A stretch of 34,455 nt of DNA from a virus: the UHGV virus genome UHGV-0162385, one strand, 5' to 3'. Both the position numbers and the translations under genes were made by a program. Below the pieces are notes generated by a model, which worked only from the letters and a program-made list of their open reading frames with translations, made no database searches and had not been told where the DNA came from. Positions 1 to 25,837 of the stretch are shown here, piece by piece (the first letter of the stretch is position 1; each line of letters starts with the position of its first letter).

Positions 1-49
1 GACTGTTCGTAGTCATGCAATAATGTACACCGCAGTAAAAAGGATAACA

Positions 50-304
50 CTAGATCAACGTAGTGATGATCTCGGCTATGTGTTCAAGTGGGATTGGTGC
101 CAAAATAACACCATTTGCTGCCAGTACTGGAACCGCTACATAATTATAAATGAGAACGCCAAAGGTGATTGAAGCAATCGCCGTAGTTTTCCATTTAATT
201 TTTACATCTTCGCCATCTTCTTTAATGAAGGCTTTTTTAGTTAGCTCTATCATCTTTTTCATCTTTTTTATCCTTATCTTTTTTATTATCGGTTGCTTCA
301 TCAA
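50..304 (-). CDS. Small membrane protein, possible holin-like
   Basis: 84-aa ORF with Lys-rich N-terminus followed by two hydrophobic segments; lies in the region containing the lysozyme gene. No recognisable family motif. Confidence 0.3.
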   Translation of the reverse strand: MMKQPIIKKIRIKKMKKMIELTKKAFIKEDGEDVKIKWKTTAIASITFGVLIYNYVAVPVLAANGVILAPIPLEHIAEIITTLI

Positions 305-375
305 TTTTTTTAGTTATGAAGTATTGAAGACTTTGTACTAGCACAACTTTTAACATACTAAACATATACACATCC

Positions 376-1733
<1,358 letters not shown>

Positions 1734-1737
1734 TTAA

Positions 1738-2200
<463 letters not shown>

Positions 2201-2202
<2 letters not shown>

Positions 2203-2238
2203 AAAAGAAAGGGAAGCCAACAATGGTTTCCCTTTTTT
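2201..2238. terminator. Bidirectional rho-independent terminator
   Basis: Hairpin gggaagcc-aacaat-ggtttccc flanked by an A-run upstream and T-run downstream, between convergent genes 1756..2202 (+) and 2240..2485 (-). Confidence 0.5.
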
Positions 2239-2239
2239 A

Positions 2240-2485
2240 TTATTTTGATACTACATTTAGAACACGCTTTAAATCTGACTTGATATCTGTTAATTCATTA
2301 TGAATTCTCATCAACTCATTTACATCATCTTCTAACATTTCTGTACGTGCTTCTAATGCTTCTAACTTCACTTCTAACTGCTTGATACGACTTTCTAGCT
2401 GTACCGCTTCTCGTCGTTTAATTACGGCATAACGCACCATAAAAGTAAACAACGTAGCGAATATACCGACTAATGTCAGATCCAT
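2240..2485 (-). CDS. Membrane-anchored coiled-coil protein (possible lysis-associated or spanin-like)
   Basis: ATG at 2485 with SD aaggatg; N-terminal hydrophobic helix then heptad-like coiled coil (LESRIKQLEVKLEALEARTEMLEDDVNEL). Function inferred only from architecture. Confidence 0.35.
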   Translation of the reverse strand: MDLTLVGIFATLFTFMVRYAVIKRREAVQLESRIKQLEVKLEALEARTEMLEDDVNELMRIHNELTDIKSDLKRVLNVVSK

Positions 2486-2545
2486 ACACACATCCTTATT
2501 TAATTTATTATAATAATATGCGGCAAAAATATACCGCCTTATTAT

Positions 2546-10995
<8,450 letters not shown>

Positions 10996-11055
10996 TGGAT
11001 TAATTCCTTATAGTGAAACGGGGGAATAGATCCCCCTAAGTAAAAGTATTTATAA

Positions 11056-11516
<461 letters not shown>

Positions 11517-11590
11517 TTTTATTTCCTTATATAGATTTAAGTTATTAAGTAAAACGGGTACGTATACATCATGTACCCATGTATATTTAT

Positions 11591-15487
<3,897 letters not shown>

Positions 15488-15489
15488 AA

Positions 15490-15820
<331 letters not shown>

Positions 15821-15822
<2 letters not shown>

Positions 15823-17726
15823 ACGCCTTAATAGATAGTTGGACTACTGCTTCTGGATGAGTTTGAACTACATCTAGGTAATGATAGTTACGGATTACTA
15901 CGCCTAGACTAGAACGATAAGTAGTATCATCATAATCTACAGAAGAACCAATCCAATTACTAATAGCGACAAAGCTAAAATTTCCCATTAGGATAGTATC
16001 ATCAGCTACCATAGTGCTGACGTGCAATGGCATTTCATCTAGCAACCATTGAGTATCAGCAAAACGCATACCTTCAGCTAGTGCAATTCCGGCTAGTATT
16101 CGATAGGAATGGAGTCTGACGCAATTTAGCGTAGGTTACTGGACTAACGATAGCGATACAATCACGGGATTTAACGTTAGCAGTTAGTAGTTTTGCAAAT
16201 GCTGCTTCGATATCGGAATCTGCGATAACACCAGAAGCTGCGGTTTCTACTTTAGAAGCTTGTGCTTCAACAACGTCAACTACTGCTTTTTCTAGAGAAA
16301 CAGCTACGTTTTCTAGTAGAACATCGGTGATGTAACGTTCGATATTAGGACTAGATAGGATTAGGCTACGGGTTAGTGGAATTGAACCAGCAAATAGTTT
16401 TGGACGCATAACGATTTGATCGAAAGATGCAACGGATTCTTCAATCGCTTGACCTTCTTCATAGAATTTGAAGGATGCTTTAGAATCGATACCAGTTAGA
16501 CGTGGAATAGTAAATTCACGGTTGGTCATACCAGAATAAACTTTAACACCCATACGACCTAGGATTGAATCTGGAAGTAGTGGTTGGATAAAATCATCTG
16601 CATAGTTAGTTTGAATTGCACCTGCTGCGGTAACAGTGGTGGTATTTGCACGAGCTTGTGCTAGTTCACCAGCTTGTAGGGTAAAACCACGTTGACCTTG
16701 TTCTAGATTTTCTAGAGCGGATTTATCACCTTTAATTGCTTTAGCTAGTGCTTCGATAGTACGGACTTGTTGAGTCATTTTGTCTTCCTTAATATTAAGT
16801 TTATTATGTTTTTGTGTCTCGATTTCACGTTTAAAATCTTCGACGCTTACGTTATTATTTATTGCTTCAGTACTGTCAATATTAAAAACTTTAGCAATAC
16901 TTTCAATTTCACGAATACGGGATTGATTCAATTCTTCAGCTTTATCATCTTCAATTGCTTTCAATTCTGCATTAATGTTATTTAGTTCTTTTTCAACTTC
17001 CATTTTACGGCGAGCTTTTTCAAGTGAGCGTTTAGCTTCTTCTAGATCGCGTTCTTCTGGTAGTTTTTCTTCTTCATCTTCTTTAGATTCAGATTCAATT
17101 TCACGCACTTCTGTTTCTTCAACTTCAACCGCTTTTTCTTCGGTTTCTACTGCTTCAACTTCTTCGCGTTCAACTTTATTTTCTTCGTCCATGACAATTT
17201 CCTTAAGTTGTTCACTATCTTTATTTATGCTTCGACCAACACCTACTTTATTGTCGGCAGGACAACTAACCATACTTAATTCATATGGTTCAATCTTAGT
17301 TACCATTAGATTATTACCTTCAAAATAATAATCACGAATGTTATAACCGAAAGATACTTTAGTTAGTACGCCTTCTTTTACTTGTTGATACTTCTGATCT
17401 GCAAATTCAGTAGCACTAAAACGGACGCTTGCACGTCCTACGCGGTCTGAATCAATTCTAGCATTCTCGACTACACCGATTAACCAATCCATATTGTGAT
17501 TATATAGGAGTGGTGCACCTGTATTTAGTCGAGTAAGGTCTACGCTATCAGGAGTAGTAACAAGAATTTCATTGTAGATTTGTCCATTGATTTCACGTTC
17601 TACGGGTTGCTCTGACATAAATGCAATTTCTACTACGCGTGAATCATCATCAATAGAATTAGTAATACTTTGAATATTAATTTCACGCGTCTGTTTCATC
17701 GCTTCCAGTTTTATTTGATTGCTCAT
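15821..17726 (-). CDS. Prohead protease (HK97/S78-type) - acidic coiled-coil scaffold - HK97-fold major capsid protein, single ORF; C-terminal MCP part out of frame (15821..16069)
   Basis: N-terminus has LLYNHNMDWLIGVV, KVSFGY and ELSMVSCPAD, matching HK97 gp4 blocks HDTSKVLG, GMSFGF, EISLVAFPAYP; Glu-rich heptads in the middle; C-terminal part has capsid-like sequence continuing in ORF 15821..16069. Confidence 0.7.
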
Positions 17727-17779
17727 CTATATTTACTTCCTTGTTTTGTTGTTTTTCCTTTTCAACCTGTAATAATACA

Positions 17780-17801
17780 ACGGCCGGGTCACGGCCGGGT
17801 C
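17780..17801. repeat. Perfect 11-bp GC-rich tandem duplication (acggccgggtc x2) with hairpin potential
   Basis: Seen directly; contains self-complementary cggccg twice; spans the portal stop codon, ~55 nt upstream of the protease/capsid start. Confidence 0.5.
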
Positions 17802-19196
17802 TCGGCAATAATTTCTGCCTTGCTCTTAAGACCATTTTGTAGCATAAGAATTTCATATTGGGCATCTTTCAATGGGTCTAAACTGATTTTACGTTGACCG
17901 TAAATCTGTACTGATAATAGTTTGTCAAAATCACTAAAACGTAACCCTAATGAATCACCATTATTTAGTAATTCTAAACGCATCCATAACTTATAAAGTG
18001 GTTTTAATACTTTTACTTTTAGTTGGTTAGTACGTACTTGAAATGTATTTTGCTGAATCTTCTCACTCAAACGAGCGGCACTATAGGAAGCATTAGATGT
18101 ATCACCTGTTAAAGTTTGCTTAGTAATACCTAATCCCATACTAATTAATGTCATTTGTTGATCTACATATTCACTAATACCATCTGTTGCAGCACTAGGT
18201 TTTAGATCTTTTACACGTTGACCTGGTTGTAGTTCGACAATTGCACCAGGTTCCATCACTTCAGTTTCGAAGAATTGAGTACCAGGAGTTGCATTAATAT
18301 CTGTATCGTCATTATTAGATACATCATTTTCGATAAAGCCCATGAACGCCGAACCAATTTTCTTAGTAACTAATGAAGCCTCTAGGAAACTATCCAATTC
18401 TTTAAGCAAATCTTTAGTATGGATAATATCAGGTAGACCACGTTGCTGATTTGCAAACTGTGGTACGAAATAATGCAGTACTTCATCTGCTGGTACACGC
18501 TCTGGTAGTGCATAATCGTAAGTATAGTTTAATGGATTCTTATGCATGAAATAATATGCAATCGGTTTACCAAATTGATTAAATTCGATACCGATTACTA
18601 ACATAACGACCATCATCAAAGAATTGATTATTATTAACTGGTACACGTACTGCTTCAATTAGTTCAATACGTAGTTGACCATTGATAGTATGAATACGTA
18701 CAAAGGCTTCACCATTGATTGAGCGTTCTAATTCAAGTAAATTTTGGAAAGTACTGAAATCTAGTTCACCACGTACATCAAATACTTCGGGATTTTCAGA
18801 CCATGCATAAAAACGTTCTTCAAGTTTTTGTGACATATCAATATTATCTTGCTCATTTTCAAATAGATGTAAGTCTGGGCGTAGATATAGACCTTCACTA
18901 CCTGCTACGGCGTTCGCACTTTCGGTAAAATACTTTTTAGCAATTGGGTTATTAAGTGCCAAATCACGACTTTCGATCATCAGTGCTGGAAGCTGTTGGT
19001 TAATTACGGCATTAATATCTAAGCCAGTATAGGATGCACCTAGACCTAAAGCACTACGTACTGCACTACTAGTACGGATAGCATTTAGTTCACGCTTCAT
19101 AGTACCATTATTAATCAACTTATCACGTACCTGTACTGGTTTAGGAGGCTGTACTTTAATGGCAACTTCTTTATTTTTCTTAAATGGATTCCACAT
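17789..19196 (-). CDS. Portal protein, lambda gpB family, split into two out-of-frame ORFs (18579..19196 and 17789..18658)
   Basis: ESRDLALNNPIAKKY resembles lambda B ARADDLVRNNGYAANA; IGIEFNQFGKPIAYYFMHKNP resembles GVQINDSGAALGYYVSEDGYP; fragments overlap by 80 nt in different frames. Confidence 0.8.
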
Positions 19197-19687
19197 TATT
19201 TTCTACCTCGATTAAAAAAAGTTACAGACTTAATTGGATTATCCGGCGTTGCATTCTTCATTTTTGCTAGTTCGGCATTTGCACGTTTAATATAATTTGC
19301 ACGCATTGCATATAACTGTGCAAGTGTTTCACTCATTAGTGATTTATTATTAATCGAAGTCTGATATACACCACCATTCTGTAGACGGGCATCAATAACA
19401 TTATCAATATCTTTAATAATACCAATAATCTGGTTATAAGTACTCGCTGCTTCTAGTGGATCAATCACATTAAACTGTTTAACACTACGTGTCTTATCTG
19501 TAATAATAACTGTATACATTCCTTGAGGCCAGCTAGAAGTATCAATAGGTGAGTAAGGGAACGAATAATTATATTTGTTGCCCTTACTACTAATGATTTC
19601 AATAGATGAACCGTCACCGAAAGTAGGTACAATATTATCACCAATGTAGATATCTTGTGAAAAATCTACTTTGTTCTCTATTGCCAT
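19196..19687 (-). CDS. Hypothetical protein between terminase and portal
   Basis: Likely start ATG at 19687 (MAIENKVDF...); synteny position of a head-tail connector-like gene; no motif recognised. Confidence 0.35.
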   Translation of the reverse strand: MAIENKVDFSQDIYIGDNIVPTFGDGSSIEIISSKGNKYNYSFPYSPIDTSSWPQGMYTVIITDKTRSVKQFNVIDPLEAASTYNQIIGIIKDIDNVIDARLQNGGVYQTSINNKSLMSETLAQLYAMRANYIKRANAELAKMKNATPDNPIKSVTFFNRGRK

Positions 19688-19697
19688 ATATATTTCC

Positions 19698-21667
19698 TTA
19701 ACGTTTGAAATAGTTCTTACCAGTACTCTTAGTTTGAGCAAAACCAAACTTTTTACGTCTCTGTACTGGTTGTTCTATATATTTATCTTCATCTATATTT
19801 ACTTCTGAAGTATCTATATCTTTTTTATCTTCTATCTTTTTACGTTGGTTGGCATCATATATACGTAGTTCGGCAAATGGATTATTACCTAATGTACTTA
19901 AACGCCACTCAATTGCTACTAAAGCATACGCAAGACAATCTAACATTTCGTTACGGTCTAGATTGCTCTTACTCTTTTTCTCCCATACATAGCGACCACC
20001 TTTGAATACTCGTTTCTCACTGGTCAACTGAATGAAATAATCGTCGGGTAGATTACCACTGAAATAGATATTAGTACCGAATGTTCCAGCTTCATCATGT
20101 ATTGCTTGTTGTACTAACTTCATAATTGTATTTTTACTTTCACAACTATTAAGTATGATTAACTCTTTACCACCAGCTTTACTTTTCTTGAATAATTCCT
20201 GTGTACCATTACCTTTAATTGGTCTTAGTAGTTTCTCGCCATATGCATTGTACTTATTACAGATACGATAGATTGTATGTGTAGCGTTACCGTTACCTGA
20301 GTCTATGAAGTTACCAAAATTACGTAATGGCTTACCTGATACAGTCTTGAATGGATACTTTAGATAACGTGCCAATTCTTCATATGCTGGTGATTCTACT
20401 TTAGTAGTATCTACGGCACTGAATATACGATGATCTAATACATAAACCTTCTTCTTATTGTCAGTAATACCTAATGTAGTAGTCTCGATCCTATCTAATT
20501 GTTGATCGCTGCCTGTGAAAATTCCGGATAACATCATCGGGGATATTTTTAATATTAAAATCAAAATCTCTTAGGTTCTCTAAAATAGTTAAATCGATTT
20601 GTTTATTTGCTTCATCTTCATATGGTAAACCGTAATGATGTATTATAAAAAGTTTGAAGGTCAAAGTTTGCAAAGCTATCACTAAAATCTTGTACAATCT
20701 TTTCGATAGTAGTTAGTGGACTGTAAAGACGTGATATATGAAAGCCTGCATAGTCTGTTACTTCGGGGCGTGTCGCAATCCAACGACCATTAGCTACGGC
20801 AGTATGTCGTTGTGCTTCAGTGAATGGTTTATCACACTTAGGACAATGCAGTTTTGCACCCTTCGATACTGCAATCTTCTTACCGTTCTTAGGATCTACA
20901 GTCCAGGTGAATCTAACGTTAGCCCATACAATTTCATGTTCATGATTACAGTGCGGACACGGTACAAAATACTTACGCTGATCACTCTTAGACCATTCAA
21001 CCATTACGGGATCTGTTGGATGTACTGGCGTTGATGCACTCATAATCAGACTATCGGCAAACGAAGCTGCACGCTGGTTAGCCAGTGCAATCGGATCACC
21101 TTCTTCAGTTTCTACTGCACCTGATATCTCATCGAGGAATAGATACTTTGTAGTGACACTACGTAGTGTAGCTGGTGCACCCAACGAGGCAAAGTAAATC
21201 ATAGTACCATCTTTCATCTCGATCTGGTTCTGGTCGTTCACGGCGTTCTTATCGGTCTTGCGTGTCACTAAATTATCTAGTACTGAACACTGTTTGATAC
21301 CTTGTTCAAATACACCCGTTTTATATTTCTTCTTCATCTCACCAGTGATTGAAGCATGTAACATATTCGATGGGTTATTATGCATCAGATAGTAAGATGC
21401 ATATGTCAGTATTGAAGTCTTGAGGATCTGAGCACTAGAAACAAATACCGTTTTACGAATGCTTGGATTAACAATTATATCGAGGGGATCGCGTTGGAAG
21501 GGAAATAAGCGTACGGGACTTCCATTCATTGGACCTGAAACAAATTTAATGTTCTCTTCGGTCCATTCACTGGGTAGAATCTTGCGAGGCGGAATTATCG
21601 CCTGATTCGCCTGACTGAATATCTTCGTTAGTTTCGTCTTTAAATCTTTCTTCATATTTGAAATCAC
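19698..21667 (-). CDS. Terminase large subunit, lambda gpA-like, interrupted by two frame changes (ORFs 20618..21667, 20491..20697, 19698..20564)
   Basis: LFPFQRDPL, VPCPHCNHEHEI, LHCPKCDKPF and GSDQQLDRIE match lambda A blocks LPFQRAIM, ACPHCGEEQ, YLCEHNACV and GIDSQLDRYE; total length ~640 aa as in gpA. Confidence 0.85.
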
Positions 21668-22088
21668 CTAGTTCTAATAATTTATCATCTATATATTCTT
21701 GTAGTTTGTTTTTAATAGCCATGCCATCATCACCAACCTTTGATAGTTCCATATATGCCTGTACTGGCAGAGTACGGAATGATTGACGTATACGTGAACA
21801 ATATGCAGCTAGTTCATCAGCTACTTCATTTACATAAACTACTTCACCAATGGTCAGTTTAGTTTCAATTTCTTGTTGGTCGGCACGGGCTTTAGTAAGT
21901 CTGATTTCTTCGCGTAGCTTTTCACTTTTCAGTGCTGGGTCGCTCTTACGCAGTGGTGTGATTTTATTCTCAACTACCCACTTAAAAACATCGGCATCTG
22001 GTGCGGATAGGTCTAATCCTTCCGTTTGCCAACGACTAATAACAGACATGTCATATCCATATATCAGTACTAAATCTTTTAACATCAT
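21567..22088 (-). CDS. Terminase small subunit, lambda Nu1-like
   Basis: N-terminal LKDLVLIYGYDMSVISRWQTEGL resembles the Nu1 DNA-binding block KKQLADIFGASIRTIQNWQEQGM; followed by coiled-coil region; directly upstream of TerL. Confidence 0.7.
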   Translation of the reverse strand: MMLKDLVLIYGYDMSVISRWQTEGLDLSAPDADVFKWVVENKITPLRKSDPALKSEKLREEIRLTKARADQQEIETKLTIGEVVYVNEVADELAAYCSRIRQSFRTLPVQAYMELSKVGDDGMAIKNKLQEYIDDKLLELGDFKYEERFKDETNEDIQSGESGDNSASQDSTQ

Positions 22089-22146
22089 GATAGTTTTTAC
22101 CTTTTAATTGTTTGTTAAACTTTGATTATTTTTTATATAAAAAAAA

Positions 22147-22293
22147 GAGATCGCGGCGGAAACTCCAGGTATTTGCATATCACAAGGGGAACCTAAAGTC
22201 AATATTTTTTTTAAGATATTTTAAAAATAATTTAAATAATTTTTTATTTTATTCTATAGTACAGACACCTTACCCCCCTGGGGGGGTGGGGGG
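22147..22293. other. Candidate cos region upstream of terS (GC-rich islands in AT-rich intergenic DNA)
   Basis: gagatcgcggcggaaactccagg at 22147..22169 and C6-T-G7-T-G6 at 22273..22293 within the 220-bp intergenic region before the Nu1-like gene; position as for lambda cos. Speculative. Confidence 0.2.
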
Positions 22294-22308
22294 TAGGTAT
22301 GCCATCAG

Positions 22309-22653
22309 TTATGAACCAAATGGATAAACAGGATGGTATGACTCTAGACGGTATTGCACTAGCACCACCGTGTCCTTATCACCTAACACTTCACGTCTTA
22401 CGATTTTAAAATATCCTTCATGAATATATTGTTCTTTGTTATTCCCTTTAATAGATAGTTTGAATAGTTCATTATTGAATAGATAATAATCGAGAAAGTT
22501 GTCTTCTGTGTAGTTAATAGTTAGATCTAATTCAGTACAGACAATACCATCAGTGGATACTGTGGTAATGGGGTTAGCCCATTGTGTAATCTCTTTAACT
22601 TCTTTACCATCTACTTCTACAGTTAATGTATTACCAGTGAAAATATCTTTCAT
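22309..22653 (-). CDS. Small protein with tail-tube-like domain (paralog of the major tail protein N-domain)
   Basis: 114 aa; TLTVEVDG...LDLTINYTEDN...LGDKDTVVLVQY parallels the TVNYLPD and GDKDAVV blocks in 11056..11516 and 13828..15075. Confidence 0.4.
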   Translation of the reverse strand: MKDIFTGNTLTVEVDGKEVKEITQWANPITTVSTDGIVCTELDLTINYTEDNFLDYYLFNNELFKLSIKGNNKEQYIHEGYFKIVRREVLGDKDTVVLVQYRLESYHPVYPFGS

Positions 22654-22684
22654 AATTATATATCCTTATGTTGTTGTTGGTGTA

Positions 22685-23072
22685 TTATTTATATGCTTCA
22701 TTATCTCTGTGAATAAACTCACTAATCAAATGTACTAACCTATATCCGTATATACTATTGTATTCGACTATCTCGTTAACCAGTTCTTTTAGTTGTTGTA
22801 CTTTACTCTTTTCATATCCACTGTAATTGATTGCACTATAATTAGTAGAGCCAATCTTTACAGTATTATTATGATAGTTATATGTGATGTACTTATGTTT
22901 CAGTACAAAATAGTCCTTACCAATATGAATATCGATATAGTGCGGGGAGTTAATGCGGATGTGTATATCTATAATATCATCATAGTCATGGCGACTATAT
23001 TCATATCCTCTTAAACCATTACTATCAATTACAGTTGTACCGTTTAACGAATTGCATTACTACTTCGATCAT
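22685..23072 (-). CDS. Hypothetical protein, frame-disrupted near its 5' end
   Basis: ATG at 23072 with SD gaggtga gives MIEVVMQFVKRYNCN then stop; a ~110-codon open frame without start codon follows. Not in the ORF track. Confidence 0.3.
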
Positions 23073-23338
23073 AAGTTCACCTCATATTTATTGTACTATC
23101 CAGGAAGGATTTTATTATAGAAGAATGTAACGATGGGGGGAAGTTGGTTAGATATTGTGGAAGTACTTTAATCAGTTCGGTATCAATACTTTTTATTGTA
23201 TCTTCATTGAATGATTCACCGCATTACAAATACCTTATCATCAGTTACCATAATACATAATCTTTTATACATATATCTTTCTAACATTGTTTATCCTTAT
23301 ATGAAGCGTCGTTGTGACGCTTCATTAATTATTATCAT

Positions 23339-24216
23339 TTATACAACTTTGTATGATTTAGTTACATACTCTTTAAAATCTTGCTCATCGGCATTTTTGG
23401 GGAATTCCTTCTTATACTCGGCGTAGTATTCCTGTGCTTTAGAATTCATTTTACCTTTAGTATTTAGGTGAAATTCTTTACCATTCCATTTAGCATTGAT
23501 GGGGTAAGTAGTGCGGTACTCTTCGCTATAGGCTCGTAAAAACTCGTCTACGTCTGCCAGTTCGGGATTCTTTTTAATCAACTGTTGATAAACTGTATCC
23601 TTTAGTAAGGCTGCTGGTAACTTCTTGTTGATCACATTGTAGCGGCGGCGTTCATCGTTCTTTGCATCGACAATAACAACTTCGAAGATCCTATTACCGT
23701 TCGGCTTAAGCTGTTTTGTCTTAGGTGCTGGTACTGTTGTATCTGCCTGTAATGTAGCTAACAGTTCTTCTACACTATCAAAAGTAGTAGATTCTTTTAA
23801 TGCCGATTCTAAGAGCTTCTGTGCTTCTTTAATTCTTTCGGAATGAATGGTAGATATATACTCTTTTATATCTTCCAGGCGGCTTATCAGTATATCTACG
23901 TCTTTTTCTGTGACTTTTGCCAGTGCATTGCGTCCGGCAGCATCGGCGGTTAACATTCCGATATGAAAGTCATCATGTAACACTGTCGAGATCATTTTCG
24001 ATGTAATGCTTCTAATGCTTGACATAGTACAGCCTCGTTTGGTTTAAGTAACAATTGTGCACAATCTGTTAGCTTCGTTAGGTTTTCAGGTGAAATATCC
24101 TTTATAGCATGGATCATATCAGCACTTAACCCAAATTTACCTACTAACATCTCGCTTGGTAATTTTCTAACTATATCAATATATAGTACATTTAGTAAAT
24201 GCAAATTATCTTTCAT
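23339..24216 (-). CDS. Hypothetical protein with N-terminal helix-turn-helix-like segment (ORFs 23992..24216 and 23339..24025, probably one gene)
   Basis: LVGKFGLSADMIHAIKDIS has an HTH-like pattern; fragments overlap by 34 nt out of frame; C-terminal part basic and coiled-coil rich. Confidence 0.3.
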
Positions 24217-24410
24217 AGATTAATACTAATACGTTTCCTGGTAATTAAGGAAAGCAACGCCTCATTATATGTAGAATGCCATGTCTTACCGTCACTGAAA
24301 GGTTTATTAACATGGCGGGGATGTTTAGACATAGTGACCGCACCAACTTTGCGGTTACGGTCATCGTAGATTTCGGTTATCAAACCACCTGAGATACAAA
24401 CAAGATGCAT
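24213..24410 (-). CDS. Hypothetical small protein
   Basis: 65-aa ORF in operon-like packing with neighbours. Confidence 0.3.
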   Translation of the reverse strand: MHLVCISGGLITEIYDDRNRKVGAVTMSKHPRHVNKPFSDGKTWHSTYNEALLSLITRKRISINL

Positions 24411-24478
24411 AGTAAGAGAACCACCATTAGATAAAAGTACTGAGATTCTTTTCTACAGTATTGATTTCAATTTCCTTA

Positions 24479-24565
24479 TTATAACCACACTAATAACAAA
24501 ATAACAGGCGTGATGATTACGGCAAAAATCAAATCAAGTAGAGTTGGAATATCATTAAAAATCAT
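24479..24565 (-). CDS. 28-aa hydrophobic peptide (MIFNDIPTLLDLIFAVIITPVILLLVWL)
   Basis: Consensus SD aaaggagg 6 nt upstream; ATG overlaps the stop of the upstream ORF (ATGA); single predicted transmembrane helix. Below the ORF-track size cut-off. Confidence 0.35.
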   Translation of the reverse strand: MIFNDIPTLLDLIFAVIITPVILLLVWL

Positions 24566-24798
24566 AATGATTCCTCCTTTAAAAAATCGATAATCTCACC
24601 TTCACTAATGAAAATCTCACCATTGAGATCGAACCGAAAGGTTTTGTCTTGTAGCATAAAAAATGTAAAAGTACTGGTAAGTGATTTGAAAGCTACCGAT
24701 ACTTGATCATTCTCCTTATCATAAATCTCTAGTACATTAAAATTCAGTTTCGATGCTTCAACTATGAGATTAGTAGATATACCTTCAAACATTATCAA
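24562..24798 (-). CDS. Hypothetical protein
   Basis: 78-aa ORF; translationally coupled to the downstream 28-aa peptide. Confidence 0.4.
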   Translation of the reverse strand: MIMFEGISTNLIVEASKLNFNVLEIYDKENDQVSVAFKSLTSTFTFFMLQDKTFRFDLNGEIFISEGEIIDFLKEESL

Positions 24799-24956
24799 TA
24801 CTCCCTACAATTAGATACAGTGTGATAAGAACAACTAATAGTACATGTTCTTTAGTGATAGTGAATGTCATAGTGTTAACTCCCGTGTCGTAATGACACT
24901 GTTTATACTATGATCGATAGTTACTACAGTCAATGTGCATTAGTAAAATATTTTAG

Positions 24957-24985
24957 TTGTAGTTTTACAGCACCAGTACTATAGT
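24957..24985 (+). promoter_or_regulatory. Sigma70-like promoter (TTGTAG - 17 bp - TATAGT)
   Basis: -35 at 24957..24962, 17-bp spacer, -10 at 24980..24985, ~37 nt upstream of the plus-strand ATG at 25023. Confidence 0.35.
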
Positions 24986-25022
24986 AAGTGTAACAAGCGA
25001 GATACCACTAAGGATTGAAAAA

Positions 25023-25208
25023 ATGAATACAGTAACTTATGAAGTACGTGGTAACATCACCGACATTATCGTAAACGGTCAGTACGTTGGTGCAGTAGTA
25101 AAAGGTGACGATAACAAGTACCGTACAGTACATAAGAACAATGCTACATCTGGTACATTTACGGCGTTTCACTTTGCGGCATACCATGTAGAAAAAGCAG
25201 TACAATAA
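25023..25208 (+). CDS. Hypothetical small protein on the plus strand
   Basis: 61-aa ORF with SD aaggattg, own promoter-like element upstream and a strong terminator downstream. Confidence 0.5.
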   Translation: MNTVTYEVRGNITDIIVNGQYVGAVVKGDDNKYRTVHKNNATSGTFTAFHFAAYHVEKAVQ

Positions 25209-25212
25209 TAAT

Positions 25213-25236
25213 GGGGGATTTATCCCCCTTTTTTAA
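25213..25236 (+). terminator. Rho-independent terminator
   Basis: gggggatttatccccc hairpin followed by tttttt. Confidence 0.6.
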
Positions 25237-25249
25237 TTATTTTCAGATA

Positions 25250-25276
25250 ATAAAAAGCCCGCTATATAGCGGGCTT
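25250..25276 (-). terminator. Rho-independent terminator for minus-strand gene 25283..25501
   Basis: gcccgctatatagcgggc hairpin followed by a T-run on the minus strand; convergent with the plus-strand terminator. Confidence 0.45.
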
Positions 25277-25282
25277 CACTTA

Positions 25283-25501
25283 TCAGTAGTCAGCTAAACA
25301 GTTGTTACCTGGTCGGCGATACTTATGATCCAGTTCACTACACCATTGACCAGTCATTGGTAGTTTCTCACTATCATTCACTAACTTACCATTACCATCA
25401 TAGATAATCTCTTGTGGGATGACTCCACTGTTAGGCTCATTAGTATTAGCGAATGCATTACTACAAAGTAAGATTGCTACTACGGCGATTAATTTTTTCA
25501 T
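25283..25501 (-). CDS. Small secreted protein with signal peptide
   Basis: 72 aa; MKKLIAVVAILLCSNAFA has a Sec signal peptide pattern (AFA cleavage site); two Cys in the mature part; flanked by terminators. Confidence 0.5.
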   Translation of the reverse strand: MKKLIAVVAILLCSNAFANTNEPNSGVIPQEIIYDGNGKLVNDSEKLPMTGQWCSELDHKYRRPGNNCLADY

Positions 25502-25504
25502 ATA

Positions 25505-25837
<333 letters not shown>

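Noticed and set aside
16975-17328. Plus-strand 117-aa Ser-rich ORF
   Set aside because: It is the antisense reading of the Glu-rich coiled-coil segment of the protease/capsid gene (GAA repeats read as TTC/TCT); no ribosome-binding site; antisense artefact.
22112-22327. Plus-strand 71-aa ORF across the terS upstream intergenic region
   Set aside because: Low-complexity translation across AT-rich and homopolymer DNA; more plausibly the non-coding cos/regulatory region.
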